Of a stretch of DNA of 63,075 nucleotides, positions 53,543-61,709 are shown piece after piece; positions within the stretch are counted from its first letter, which is position 1, and every line of letters starts with the position of its first letter. The notes under the pieces were generated by a model that worked only from the letters and a program-made list of their open reading frames with translations, did no database searches and was not told where the DNA came from. The translations under genes and the position numbers were made by a program. The DNA lies in contig JAISXF010000032.1 in the NCBI GenBank assembly GCA_031270845.1, positions 1 through 63,075 on the forward strand, read 5' to 3'. The stretch is from Prevotellaceae bacterium. Lineage in GTDB: Bacteria; Bacteroidota; Bacteroidia; Bacteroidales; UBA932.

Positions 53543-54211
53543 ATGTCAAAACAAATTAAATCTCAAGACCCCGAACAAGCCGTCGGGCGTACGTTAAGCA
53601 AGGCCGAACAGTTTTTGGAAAAGCATAAGAACACGTTGCTCTACGCGCTGATTGCGGTGGTCGCCGTGATCTCCGTTTATTTCGGATACCAACGATTGTA
53701 CAAAGTCCCCCTGCAGGATGAAGCGCGAGGACAAATGTTTATGGCCGAGCAATATTTTCGCGTCGATTCGTTTGCATTGGCGCTCAATGGCGACGGCAAT
53801 GCGTACGGGTTCCTGCAAATCCGGGACGAGTATGGCAGTCATGCCGGAAAAATCCTGCCGTTTTATATTGGCTGCTGTCAGCTGCATCTCGGGCAATACG
53901 AAGAAGCGATTGCCTCCCTGCAAAGCTATAAAGGCACGGATGAAATTGTGGCCGCCCGCGCGCTGGCCTGCATTGGCGATGCTTATGCCGAACTCGGCAA
54001 CCTCGACGAGGCCTGCTCGTGGTTTCTCAAAGCGGCCAATTTTCGCGATAACCAGTACGCTGCACGCTATCTTAAAAAGGCGGCTACCATTCGCGAAGCC
54101 CAGGGTAACACCGCCGCCGCCCTCAAGCTGTATGAGCAGATTAAGCTCAATTACAGTCAAACCGCCGAAGGCCGCGAGGTCGATAAGTTTATTGCACGGC
54201 TGACGAATTAA
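53543..54211 (+). CDS. Membrane-anchored tetratricopeptide-repeat protein (YfgM-like)
   Basis: 222 aa. A single N-terminal TM (LLYALIAVVAVISVYFGY) followed by TPR-like helices (..YEEAIASLQSY..ALACIGDAYAELGNLDEA..). Confidence 0.6.
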   Translation: MSKQIKSQDPEQAVGRTLSKAEQFLEKHKNTLLYALIAVVAVISVYFGYQRLYKVPLQDEARGQMFMAEQYFRVDSFALALNGDGNAYGFLQIRDEYGSHAGKILPFYIGCCQLHLGQYEEAIASLQSYKGTDEIVAARALACIGDAYAELGNLDEACSWFLKAANFRDNQYAARYLKKAATIREAQGNTAAALKLYEQIKLNYSQTAEGREVDKFIARLTN

Positions 54212-54265
54212 GTATCGAGGCTTACGACAGGCGGGCATTTTAAAATTTTCATTTTTCGACTGACC

Positions 54266-54979
54266 ATGGGAAGAGCATTTGAATATCGCAAGGAACGCAA
54301 GATGAAACGCTGGGGCAATATGTCGCGCGTGTTCACCCGTCTGGGCAAGGAACTGACGATTGCGGCCCGGTCGGGCGGCGGCGATCCGGAAAATAATCCG
54401 CGGCTGCGCGCGATTATACAGACGGCACGTGCTGAAAACATGCCGAAAGATAATATCGAACGCGCAATCAAACGCGCGGTGGAAAAAGACCAGAACGATT
54501 ATAAGGAAGTTGTCTATGAAGGCTACGGCCCGCACGGGATAGCCTTTTTGATAGAAACCGCTACCGACAACCCTACGCGGACGGTGGCCAATGTCCGCAG
54601 CTACTTCAATAAGCACAACGGCTCGCTGGGGACGTCGGGAAGCGTCGAGTTTATGTTTGAGCGGAAGTGTGTCTTCAAAATCAAAAATGCCGGCGGGCTG
54701 GATGTCGAAAACCTCGAACTGGAGCTTATTGACGCCGGTGGCGACGACGTGTTTGCCGACGGCGACGAGGTGATGATCTACGGTGCGTTTGAAGCCTACG
54801 GCGCCATCCAGAAGTACATCGAAGAGCACGGGCTGGAGCTTATCAGCGGCGGCTTTGAGCGTATTCCTGTGGGCGAACTTAAGGACGTCTCGTCGGGGCA
54901 AAAGGCCGAGCTGGAAAAGCTTATCGACAAGTTTGAAGAGGACGACGATGTGCAGAACGTCTATCACACGATGAAATAA
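54266..54979 (+). CDS. yebC: YebC/PmpR-family DNA-binding transcriptional regulator
   Basis: 237 aa. MGRAFEYRKERKMKRWGNMSRVFTRLGKELTIAARSGGGDPENNPRLRAIIQTARAENMPKDNIERAIKRA. Confidence 0.9.
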   Translation: MGRAFEYRKERKMKRWGNMSRVFTRLGKELTIAARSGGGDPENNPRLRAIIQTARAENMPKDNIERAIKRAVEKDQNDYKEVVYEGYGPHGIAFLIETATDNPTRTVANVRSYFNKHNGSLGTSGSVEFMFERKCVFKIKNAGGLDVENLELELIDAGGDDVFADGDEVMIYGAFEAYGAIQKYIEEHGLELISGGFERIPVGELKDVSSGQKAELEKLIDKFEEDDDVQNVYHTMK

Positions 54980-55145
54980 TTGCGGATTGTTCCGTCCTGG
55001 CAGAACTTTACTGTTTTCACTGGTTGCTTTTTTGTAGAGCTGTTTCAGGACAGGATCGGGCGCCTTATATTCTACTCCCGCCGGAGGCCGGCAAAAAAAT
55101 TACGCGAAAAAGTGAAAAAGATTTGCACAGTTCCAATATTTAACC

Positions 55146-55153
55146 TACTTTTG
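55146..55153 (+). promoter_or_regulatory. -7 box TACTTTTG for tRNA-Asn
   Basis: The box ends 14 nt before the tRNA 5' end, the same geometry as at tRNA-Asp. Confidence 0.55.
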
Positions 55154-55167
55154 CAGTCCGAAAATCT

Positions 55168-55241
55168 TCCTCAGTAGCTCAGTTGGTTAGAGCATCTGAC
55201 TGTTAATCAGAGGGTCCCAGGTTCAAGTCCTGGCTGAGGAG
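55168..55241 (+). tRNA. tRNA-Asn (anticodon GTT)
   Basis: Hand-folded: acceptor TCCTCAG/CTGAGGA, D-arm GCTC-AGTTGGTTA-GAGC, anticodon stem TCTGA/TCAGA with loop CTGTTAA, T-arm CCAGG-TTCAAGT-CCTGG, discriminator G. 74 nt. Confidence 0.93.
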
Positions 55242-55320
55242 CTGTATCAAAAGAGTGTTGTTCTACTTTGTATGATATATATTTTTTTTGTAATGAAGCT
55301 TTTATGCTGAACATGTATTA

Positions 55321-55350
55321 AAGACCGCTTGACCATAAGCGGTCTTTTTT
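55321..55350 (+). terminator. Intrinsic terminator ~80 nt downstream of tRNA-Asn
   Basis: AAGACCGCTT-GACCAT-AAGCGGTCTT followed by TTTT. Confidence 0.7.
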
Positions 55351-55600
55351 ACTTTCTGTCGGCTGCATACCAATTCCGCCTCCTTGCATACAATATTTTC
55401 CCTTCCTGTTTGTCATCATAAGCAGCATGTCGGACGAACCCGGCGACTGTTCACCGCGTTATTCGGACTTTCGTCGGGTAAAATTGTCCGTTTCGTCGAT
55501 TTGAGCTTGCAAAGAACCTGTGATTACAGCGACCTTTGCAGAAAAATTAAAAAAAGATTAAAACCGGGAAATACTTTTTGATTTATGCCGTTTTCATTTG

Positions 55601-55608
55601 TACCTTTG
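55601..55608 (+). promoter_or_regulatory. -7 box TACCTTTG, with TTTG 21 bp upstream (-33-like), for the efflux operon
   Basis: tgTACCTTTGtc. A TTTG lies at 55577-55580. The ATG is at 55700, giving a leader of about 90 nt. Confidence 0.55.
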
Positions 55609-55624
55609 TCGTGTTTTTAAAAAT

Positions 55625-55684
55625 GATAAAAATGGATGAAAATGGATGAGGGCAGATGAAAATGGATGAATATAGATAAACCAG
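55625..55684. repeat. 10-bp phased repeat GATGAAAATG x~6 in the efflux operon leader
   Basis: GAT(G/A)A starts fall at 55625, 55635, 55645, 55655, 55665 and 55675. Confidence 0.85.
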
Positions 55685-55699
55685 TAATACAATTATATT

Positions 55700-57043
55700 A
55701 TGAGAAAAAGGACAAAAATGAACGCTTGCCTGCTTTTGATGTGCCTGCCGGTTATCGGCTGGGGTCAAAGCAACGACACGCTGAAAGTAAACCTGCAACA
55801 GGCGCTCGATATTGCGCTTAGCGACAACCCTGCGATTGTCGTTGCCGACCTTGAACTGAAGCGCGTCGATTATTCCAGGCAAAATGCCTGGCTCGGGCTA
55901 CTGCCTTCGGTGAACGGTTCGGCACAGTACTCCAAATTCGTAGTCCCGGCGTCAATGAGTATGATGGGGCAGTTGATGGATTCCCCGACGGACTTCAACG
56001 CCTCGTTGGGCGTATCGCTGTCGCTGCCGCTGTTTGCGCCTGCGCTGTGGCGGTCGATCCAAATGACCGGCGTGGACATGCAATTAGCGGCCGAAAAAGC
56101 GCGTGCCTCGAAAATCACCCTGCGCAACGACGTAACGAAAGCCTACTATAGTATCCTGCTCGCGCAGGATTCGTACAAGTCCCTGCAGGATGGCTACGCG
56201 GTGGCGCGGCAGAACTACGAAGAAGCCCGGCAGCGCTTCGACCTGGGGCTGGCGGCGGAGTACGACTACATCTCCGCCGAAGTGCAAATGACCAATCTGC
56301 AGCCAACGCTGCTGCAGGTAGAAACCGGTATCGCACAAGCCAAAATGTATTTGAAAGTGCTGATGGGCGTCGATGGAGCTGTGCCGCTGGCCGTAACCGG
56401 CAGCCTTACCGAATTGGAAGCCGCCGTCGCCACCACCGGCGCACGCGACATTGCGCTCTCCGGCAATGCCGACCTGCGACAGTTGGACATACAGCAGCAA
56501 CTGTTGCGTAAATCGGTGCAGCTGCAGCAAACGCAGTGGATGCCCACGCTCGCCGCATTCGGCAACTATACTTACGCCGGCACGGGCAACCGTCAAACCA
56601 CCATCAACTTTGGCGGGATGCCGATAGCGGTTCCTGCAAGTACCGAATGGTTCGGGCAGGGGCTGATTGTCGGGCTGCAGTTGAACGTGCCGATATTTAA
56701 CGGCTCGTCGAACCTTATAAAGGTAAAGCAAATTAACCTGCAACAGCGGGAACTCGCCCTGCAGCGCGACTATTTAGAAAGTTCGCTGAGTGTGCAGGCG
56801 CGCACGGCGCTCGACAATATGGACAAGGCAGTGAAGCAAATGGAATCGGCAAAGAAGGGCGTCGCGCTGTCGGAGAAGGGGTACAGTATCTCTGCCAAAC
56901 GCTACGAAACCGGCGCAGGAACGATGCTCGAACTGCAAAGCGCCGCGCTGGCATTGACGCAGTCGCGCCTCTCCTACCATCAGGCTATTGCCGATTACCT
57001 GAACGCAAAGGCCGATTATGAGAAAATAGTGGGCAATGATTAA
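55700..57043 (+). CDS. TolC-family outer-membrane efflux protein
   Basis: 447 aa with a signal peptide and two OEP repeats. It is the first gene of a TolC-MFP-RND operon. Confidence 0.88.
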   Translation: MRKRTKMNACLLLMCLPVIGWGQSNDTLKVNLQQALDIALSDNPAIVVADLELKRVDYSRQNAWLGLLPSVNGSAQYSKFVVPASMSMMGQLMDSPTDFNASLGVSLSLPLFAPALWRSIQMTGVDMQLAAEKARASKITLRNDVTKAYYSILLAQDSYKSLQDGYAVARQNYEEARQRFDLGLAAEYDYISAEVQMTNLQPTLLQVETGIAQAKMYLKVLMGVDGAVPLAVTGSLTELEAAVATTGARDIALSGNADLRQLDIQQQLLRKSVQLQQTQWMPTLAAFGNYTYAGTGNRQTTINFGGMPIAVPASTEWFGQGLIVGLQLNVPIFNGSSNLIKVKQINLQQRELALQRDYLESSLSVQARTALDNMDKAVKQMESAKKGVALSEKGYSISAKRYETGAGTMLELQSAALALTQSRLSYHQAIADYLNAKADYEKIVGND

Positions 57044-57091
57044 TGGTTAATAATGGTTAGTAATATGTGTTTAAAAAAATAATAAGAAGAA

Positions 57092-58129
57092 ATGAAAACA
57101 ACAATTAAGAAAATGGTATCTGCATTCCCGCTTTTGGGAATAGGGAGTTTATTACTGCTGGCCGGATGCGGCGGCAGAACGGCGCCCGAACAAACCGCCA
57201 CCACAAAACAGGCAGTAGAAGTAAGGGTCGAAACAGTGCGCGAACAGTCCGTGGAGCAAATACAGGAGTACACCGGCGACATCATCGCGTACTCAAAAAA
57301 CATGATTGCCAGCCAAACCGCCATGCGTATTGAAAAAATACACGTGGAAGTGGGCGACTACGTGAAAGCCGGCCAGCTGTTAGTGCAGATGGAAGAAACC
57401 GCCTACCTGCAAGCAAAACTGCAACTCGAAAACCTGAAAACCGACTACAGCCGTTCGTCTGCGCTGCACGAAGCCGGAGGCCTGTCGAAGCAGGTCATCG
57501 ACCAGCTGAAAACGCAGTTGGACGTTACGGAAGAGTCGATAGCGAACCTGCATAAGAACACCTACCTGCTGTCGCCTATCGCGGGCATCGTTACTTCCCG
57601 CATGTTCGATAACGGCGACATGACCGGCGGGCAGCCCATCCTGCAAGTGCAGCAGCTGAAGCCGGTGAAAATAAAACTGAACATACAGGAGCAGTATTTC
57701 TCCGCCATCAAACCGAACATGCGGGCGACAATTAAGCTGGATGTGCTGCCCGGCGAGGAGTTCGCGGGCAAGGTGCATCTTGTGTACCCGACGGTGGACG
57801 CCGTGTCGCACACCGTTACTACGGAAATCGTGTGGGATAACAGCCGGCTGGAACTGCGCCCCGGCATGTTCGCCCGCGTGGTGCTGAACTTCGGCGATAA
57901 AACCCGCGTGGTTGTGCCCGACAGGGCAATCGTTAAACAACCCGGCACCGATGACCGTTACGTATATGTGCTGAAGGACAACCACACCGTCGCTTACACG
58001 AAGGTTGTGCTGGGGCAGCGTCTGGGCGACCGCTACGAAGTTCTGTCGGGATTGAACGACGGCGACCGCGTGGCAGTAGCCGGCATCAGTAAACTGATCA
58101 ACGGCACGGAAGTTTCCGTAGTGAAATAA
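57092..58129 (+). CDS. Efflux RND transporter periplasmic adaptor (membrane fusion protein) lipoprotein
   Basis: 345 aa. Lipobox LLLLAGC, then coiled-coil hairpin and beta-barrel segments typical of the HlyD/AcrA family. Confidence 0.88.
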   Translation: MKTTIKKMVSAFPLLGIGSLLLLAGCGGRTAPEQTATTKQAVEVRVETVREQSVEQIQEYTGDIIAYSKNMIASQTAMRIEKIHVEVGDYVKAGQLLVQMEETAYLQAKLQLENLKTDYSRSSALHEAGGLSKQVIDQLKTQLDVTEESIANLHKNTYLLSPIAGIVTSRMFDNGDMTGGQPILQVQQLKPVKIKLNIQEQYFSAIKPNMRATIKLDVLPGEEFAGKVHLVYPTVDAVSHTVTTEIVWDNSRLELRPGMFARVVLNFGDKTRVVVPDRAIVKQPGTDDRYVYVLKDNHTVAYTKVVLGQRLGDRYEVLSGLNDGDRVAVAGISKLINGTEVSVVK

Positions 58130-58134
58130 TAACG

Positions 58135-58162
58135 TTCAACTTTCAATTTTCAACTTTCAATT
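58135..58162 (+). repeat. 14-bp (2x7) repeat TCAACTTTCAATTT / TCAACTTTCAATTA abutting the RND pump ATG
   Basis: Read directly. It is the reverse-complement relative of the AGTTGAAAGTTG repeats at 47491-47520. Confidence 0.9.
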
Positions 58163-61100
58163 ATGAAGATATACGAAACATCCGTACGGAAACCGATCTC
58201 CACGATCCTCATCTTTATCGGGGCGATTGTGCTGGGGCTGTTTTCGCTGAACCGGCTGTCTATCGACCTGTATCCCGAAATAGAAGTGCCGATGCTTACC
58301 GTCGTCACGACCTATCCGGGCACCAGCGCCGCCGACATCGAACAAAACATCACCCGCATCCTGGAAGATAATCTCAATACCGTGTCGGACTTGAAGAAAA
58401 TCACCTCACGGTCGCAGGAGAACATCTCCATCGTAACCCTCGAATTTGAGTGGGGCGCCAACCTCGACGAGGCCGCCAACGACGTGCGCGACGCCCTCGG
58501 GCGCATGGAAACCTACCTCCCCGATGACGCCGAAAAGCCATTCATCGTGAAGTTCAGCACCGACATGATGCCTATCATGTTTCTATCGGCTACTGCCGAC
58601 GAAAGCTATGAGGGGCTCTATAAGCTGCTCGACGAAAAGGTCGCTAACCCGCTCAACCGCATCAACGGCGTGGGCGCGGTGAACATCAGCGGCGCGCCTA
58701 CCCGCGAAGTGCAGGTGCATGTCGATCCGCAAAAGATAGAAGCCTATCATTTGACCATTGAGCAAATCGGGCAAATTATCGCCGCCGAGAATGCCAATAT
58801 TCCCGCCGGCGCGATGGACATCGGCTCGGAGCGCTTCTCGGTGCGCATCGAGGGCGAGTTTGCCGAAAGCGCACTGCTCAAGGAAGTGGTAGTTGCCAAC
58901 GTCGGCGGACGCGAAATCCGTATCAAAGACATCGCCACGGTGACGGACACGATTAAGAAAATGACCGTTGAGGAAACCATCAACGGGCAGCGGGGCGTGA
59001 ACATGTTTATTCAAAAACAGTCGGGTGCGAACTCGGTGCAGATTGCCAAAGCCATCCGCAACGCTCTGCCCAAATTAGCCGCAGACCTCCCCGCCGACGT
59101 GAAAATCGACATCTTCTTCGACTCGTCGGAATACATCACCAACAGTATCAACAGCCTTACGGAGACGGTGCTCTTCGCTTTTATCTTTGTGGTGCTGGTG
59201 GTGCTGTTCTTCCTCGGACGCTGGCGCGCCACGATCATCATTGCGCTCACCATCCCCGTGTCGCTCATCGCCAGCTTCATCTACCTGATGTTTACCGGCG
59301 GCACCATTAATGTCATCTCGCTCAGCTCGCTCTCCATTGCTATCGGGATGGTGGTCGATGACGCCATTGTGGTGCTCGAAAACATCGTGAAGCACCTCGA
59401 ACGCAAAGCCCGACCGCGCGACGCCGCCATCTACGGCACCAACGAAGTGTGGCTCGCCGTGATTGCCACCACCCTTACCGTCGTCGCGGTGTTCCTGCCG
59501 CTCACGATGGTCGGCGGACTGGCCGGCATTATGTTTACGCAGCTGGGGTGGATTGTTTCCATCGTCATCGTGGTTTCGACGATAGCAGCTATCACGCTTA
59601 CGCCGATGCTCTCGTCGCGGATGCTCATGTTCCGTCCGGCGCATACCTACCGCGGGCTGGGAATTATCTTCAAACCGGTGGACCGCTTCCTCGACCGGCT
59701 CGACAGCGGCTACGCACGCCTGCTGACGTGGGCAGTACACCATCGTGCATTCACCATCCTCGGTGCATTCGTCATATTCCTCGCAAGTTTGCTGCTGCTG
59801 ACACAGGTACCTACCGACTTTATGCCGGAGAACGACCAGGGACGCATCGAAGTTACCGTCGAACTGCCCGTGAATGCCAATCTCGAACAGACCACCGACG
59901 TGGCGCACCGTATCGAACAGGCGCTGCTGGCACGCTGTCCCGAGGCGCGGCTTATTTCGGTAAGCTCCGGCGCCGACGACCAGGGCGGATTTGCGGCGCT
60001 GTTCGGTAACTCCGGCGTTAATATCATCACATACGGCGTGATACTGGTAAAGAAACACGAACGCACACGCTCGCAGGCCGAAATCAGCGACGTGATACGG
60101 GAAGAAATAGCTAAATTCCCGGAGGTGGTGAAATACACCGTCGGGGGCGGTGGCGGCATGGGCATGGGAGGCGGAAGTACCGTAGATGTTAAAGTGTTTG
60201 GCTATGATTTTGACGAAACAACGCCCATCGCCGAGGAGCTTGCCGAACGTATGCGCGGCATCGAGGGCGCCCGCGACGTGAAAATAAGCCGCGAGGCGAT
60301 GAAAGTCGAACTGCAGGTCGATTTCGACCGCGTGAAACTGGCGAAGTTCGGCATCAACACCGTTACCGCCGCCAACTACGTACGCAACCGTATCAACGGC
60401 CTCACCGCCTCGCTCTACCGCGAAGACGGCGAGGAGTATGACATCGTAGTGCGCTACGGCGAGCCATTCCGCACGGCCATCAGAGACATCGAAAACATCA
60501 TCCTCTATAACGCCTCCGGCGGAAGCATCCGCTTAAGCGAGGTCGCCACGGTCGTCGAGCGCTTCACCCCGCCCATCATCGAGCGCGAAGACCGGCAGCG
60601 TGTTGTAACCGTGTCGGCGGCGCTCGGTGCGGGCGCTGCGCTCGGCGACGTGGCCGCCGCCACCAAAGCCGAAATAGCGCAGATGGAGCTCCCCGCTACG
60701 GTGAGCATCGCGATCGCCGGTTCGGTCGAAGACCAGGAAGAGATGATGATGGATATGATGACCCTGCTGGCGCTCATCATCGTCCTCGTCTATATTGTGA
60801 TGGCGACGCAGTTCGAGTCGTTCTCCAAGCCCTTTATCATTATGCTGTCCATCCCGTTCGCTTTCACCGGCGTTTTCCTCGCCTTATGGATAACGGGCAC
60901 CTCGCTCGGCATGGTCGCTCTTATTGGAGCTATCCTGCTGGTCGGGATTGTGGTCAAGAACGGCATCGTGATTGTCGATTTCACCAACCTTCAGCGCGAA
61001 CGCGGCCTCTCGCTCAACGAGGCGGTCATCACCGCCGGCAAATCGCGCCTGCGCCCCGTGTTGATGACATCCCTGACCACCATCCTCGGCATGATACCGT

Positions 61101-61285
61101 TAGCGGTAGGCTCCGGCGAAGGCGCCGAGATTTGGAAACCGATGGGCATAGCCGTCGTCGGCGGCCTCACGTTTTCGACCATACTTACCCTGCTCGTTAT
61201 ACCTGCCATCTACTCCGCCTTTAACATAGGCAAGATAAAGAAAGAGCGCGCGGCAAACACGGTTGGCAGTGGCAGTTGGCAGTAA
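58163..61285 (+). CDS. Efflux RND transporter permease (AcrB/HAE-1 type)
   Basis: 1040 aa with 12-TM topology and two large periplasmic loops. N-terminus MKIYETSVRKPISTILIFIGAIVLGLFSLNRLSIDLYPEIEVPMLTV. Confidence 0.92.
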   Translation: MKIYETSVRKPISTILIFIGAIVLGLFSLNRLSIDLYPEIEVPMLTVVTTYPGTSAADIEQNITRILEDNLNTVSDLKKITSRSQENISIVTLEFEWGANLDEAANDVRDALGRMETYLPDDAEKPFIVKFSTDMMPIMFLSATADESYEGLYKLLDEKVANPLNRINGVGAVNISGAPTREVQVHVDPQKIEAYHLTIEQIGQIIAAENANIPAGAMDIGSERFSVRIEGEFAESALLKEVVVANVGGREIRIKDIATVTDTIKKMTVEETINGQRGVNMFIQKQSGANSVQIAKAIRNALPKLAADLPADVKIDIFFDSSEYITNSINSLTETVLFAFIFVVLVVLFFLGRWRATIIIALTIPVSLIASFIYLMFTGGTINVISLSSLSIAIGMVVDDAIVVLENIVKHLERKARPRDAAIYGTNEVWLAVIATTLTVVAVFLPLTMVGGLAGIMFTQLGWIVSIVIVVSTIAAITLTPMLSSRMLMFRPAHTYRGLGIIFKPVDRFLDRLDSGYARLLTWAVHHRAFTILGAFVIFLASLLLLTQVPTDFMPENDQGRIEVTVELPVNANLEQTTDVAHRIEQALLARCPEARLISVSSGADDQGGFAALFGNSGVNIITYGVILVKKHERTRSQAEISDVIREEIAKFPEVVKYTVGGGGGMGMGGGSTVDVKVFGYDFDETTPIAEELAERMRGIEGARDVKISREAMKVELQVDFDRVKLAKFGINTVTAANYVRNRINGLTASLYREDGEEYDIVVRYGEPFRTAIRDIENIILYNASGGSIRLSEVATVVERFTPPIIEREDRQRVVTVSAALGAGAALGDVAAATKAEIAQMELPATVSIAIAGSVEDQEEMMMDMMTLLALIIVLVYIVMATQFESFSKPFIIMLSIPFAFTGVFLALWITGTSLGMVALIGAILLVGIVVKNGIVIVDFTNLQRERGLSLNEAVITAGKSRLRPVLMTSLTTILGMIPLAVGSGEGAEIWKPMGIAVVGGLTFSTILTLLVIPAIYSAFNIGKIKKERAANTVGSGSWQ

Positions 61286-61313
61286 TATTAATAATTAATA
61301 AGCAACAATAAAG

Positions 61314-61607
61314 ATGAAGGCAATTTTAATTACTTACGGACAATCGCTGGGACGCCCCATCGAGGATTTATTAGACAAATTAGGCATTCGCGGCTTTACC
61401 CGCTGGGCGGAAACGTTCGGCCGCGGCAGCGAAAGCGGCGAACCGCACTACGGCACACACGCCTGGCCGTCGAAAAACGGCACCCTGCTCGCCGTCGTGC
61501 CCGACGACACCGTGCCGGAGCTCCTCGACGCCCTCCGCGAGCTAAACGACCTGGCGCAGCAACAGGGGCTTTCGGCCTTTGTGTGGACAATCGAGGAACG
61601 GCTGTAG
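61314..61607 (+). CDS. Small cytoplasmic transporter-associated protein (PG0541-family, P-II-like fold suspected; from memory)
   Basis: 97 aa, MKAILITYGQSLGRPIEDLLDKLGIRGFTRW..HAWPSKNGTLLAVV... It is the last gene of the efflux operon and is followed by the terminator. Confidence 0.6.
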   Translation: MKAILITYGQSLGRPIEDLLDKLGIRGFTRWAETFGRGSESGEPHYGTHAWPSKNGTLLAVVPDDTVPELLDALRELNDLAQQQGLSAFVWTIEERL

Positions 61608-61626
61608 AAAGGGAACAGTGAAGCAG

Positions 61627-61664
61627 GAACGGGTTGTTTTGTACACAACCCGTTCTTTGTTTTT
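61627..61664 (+). terminator. Intrinsic terminator ending the efflux operon
   Basis: GAACGGGTTGT / ACAACCCGTTC 11-bp stem followed by TTTGTTTTT. Confidence 0.8.
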
Positions 61665-61709
61665 AAGGAATTTACAGCGGTGCATCGTTCATTATTCAAA
61701 ATAGCTTGC

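Noticed and set aside
57040-57075. Short TAATGGT-like repeats between the TolC and adaptor genes.
   Set aside because: There are only two imperfect copies, which is not distinguishable from chance in an AT-rich spacer.
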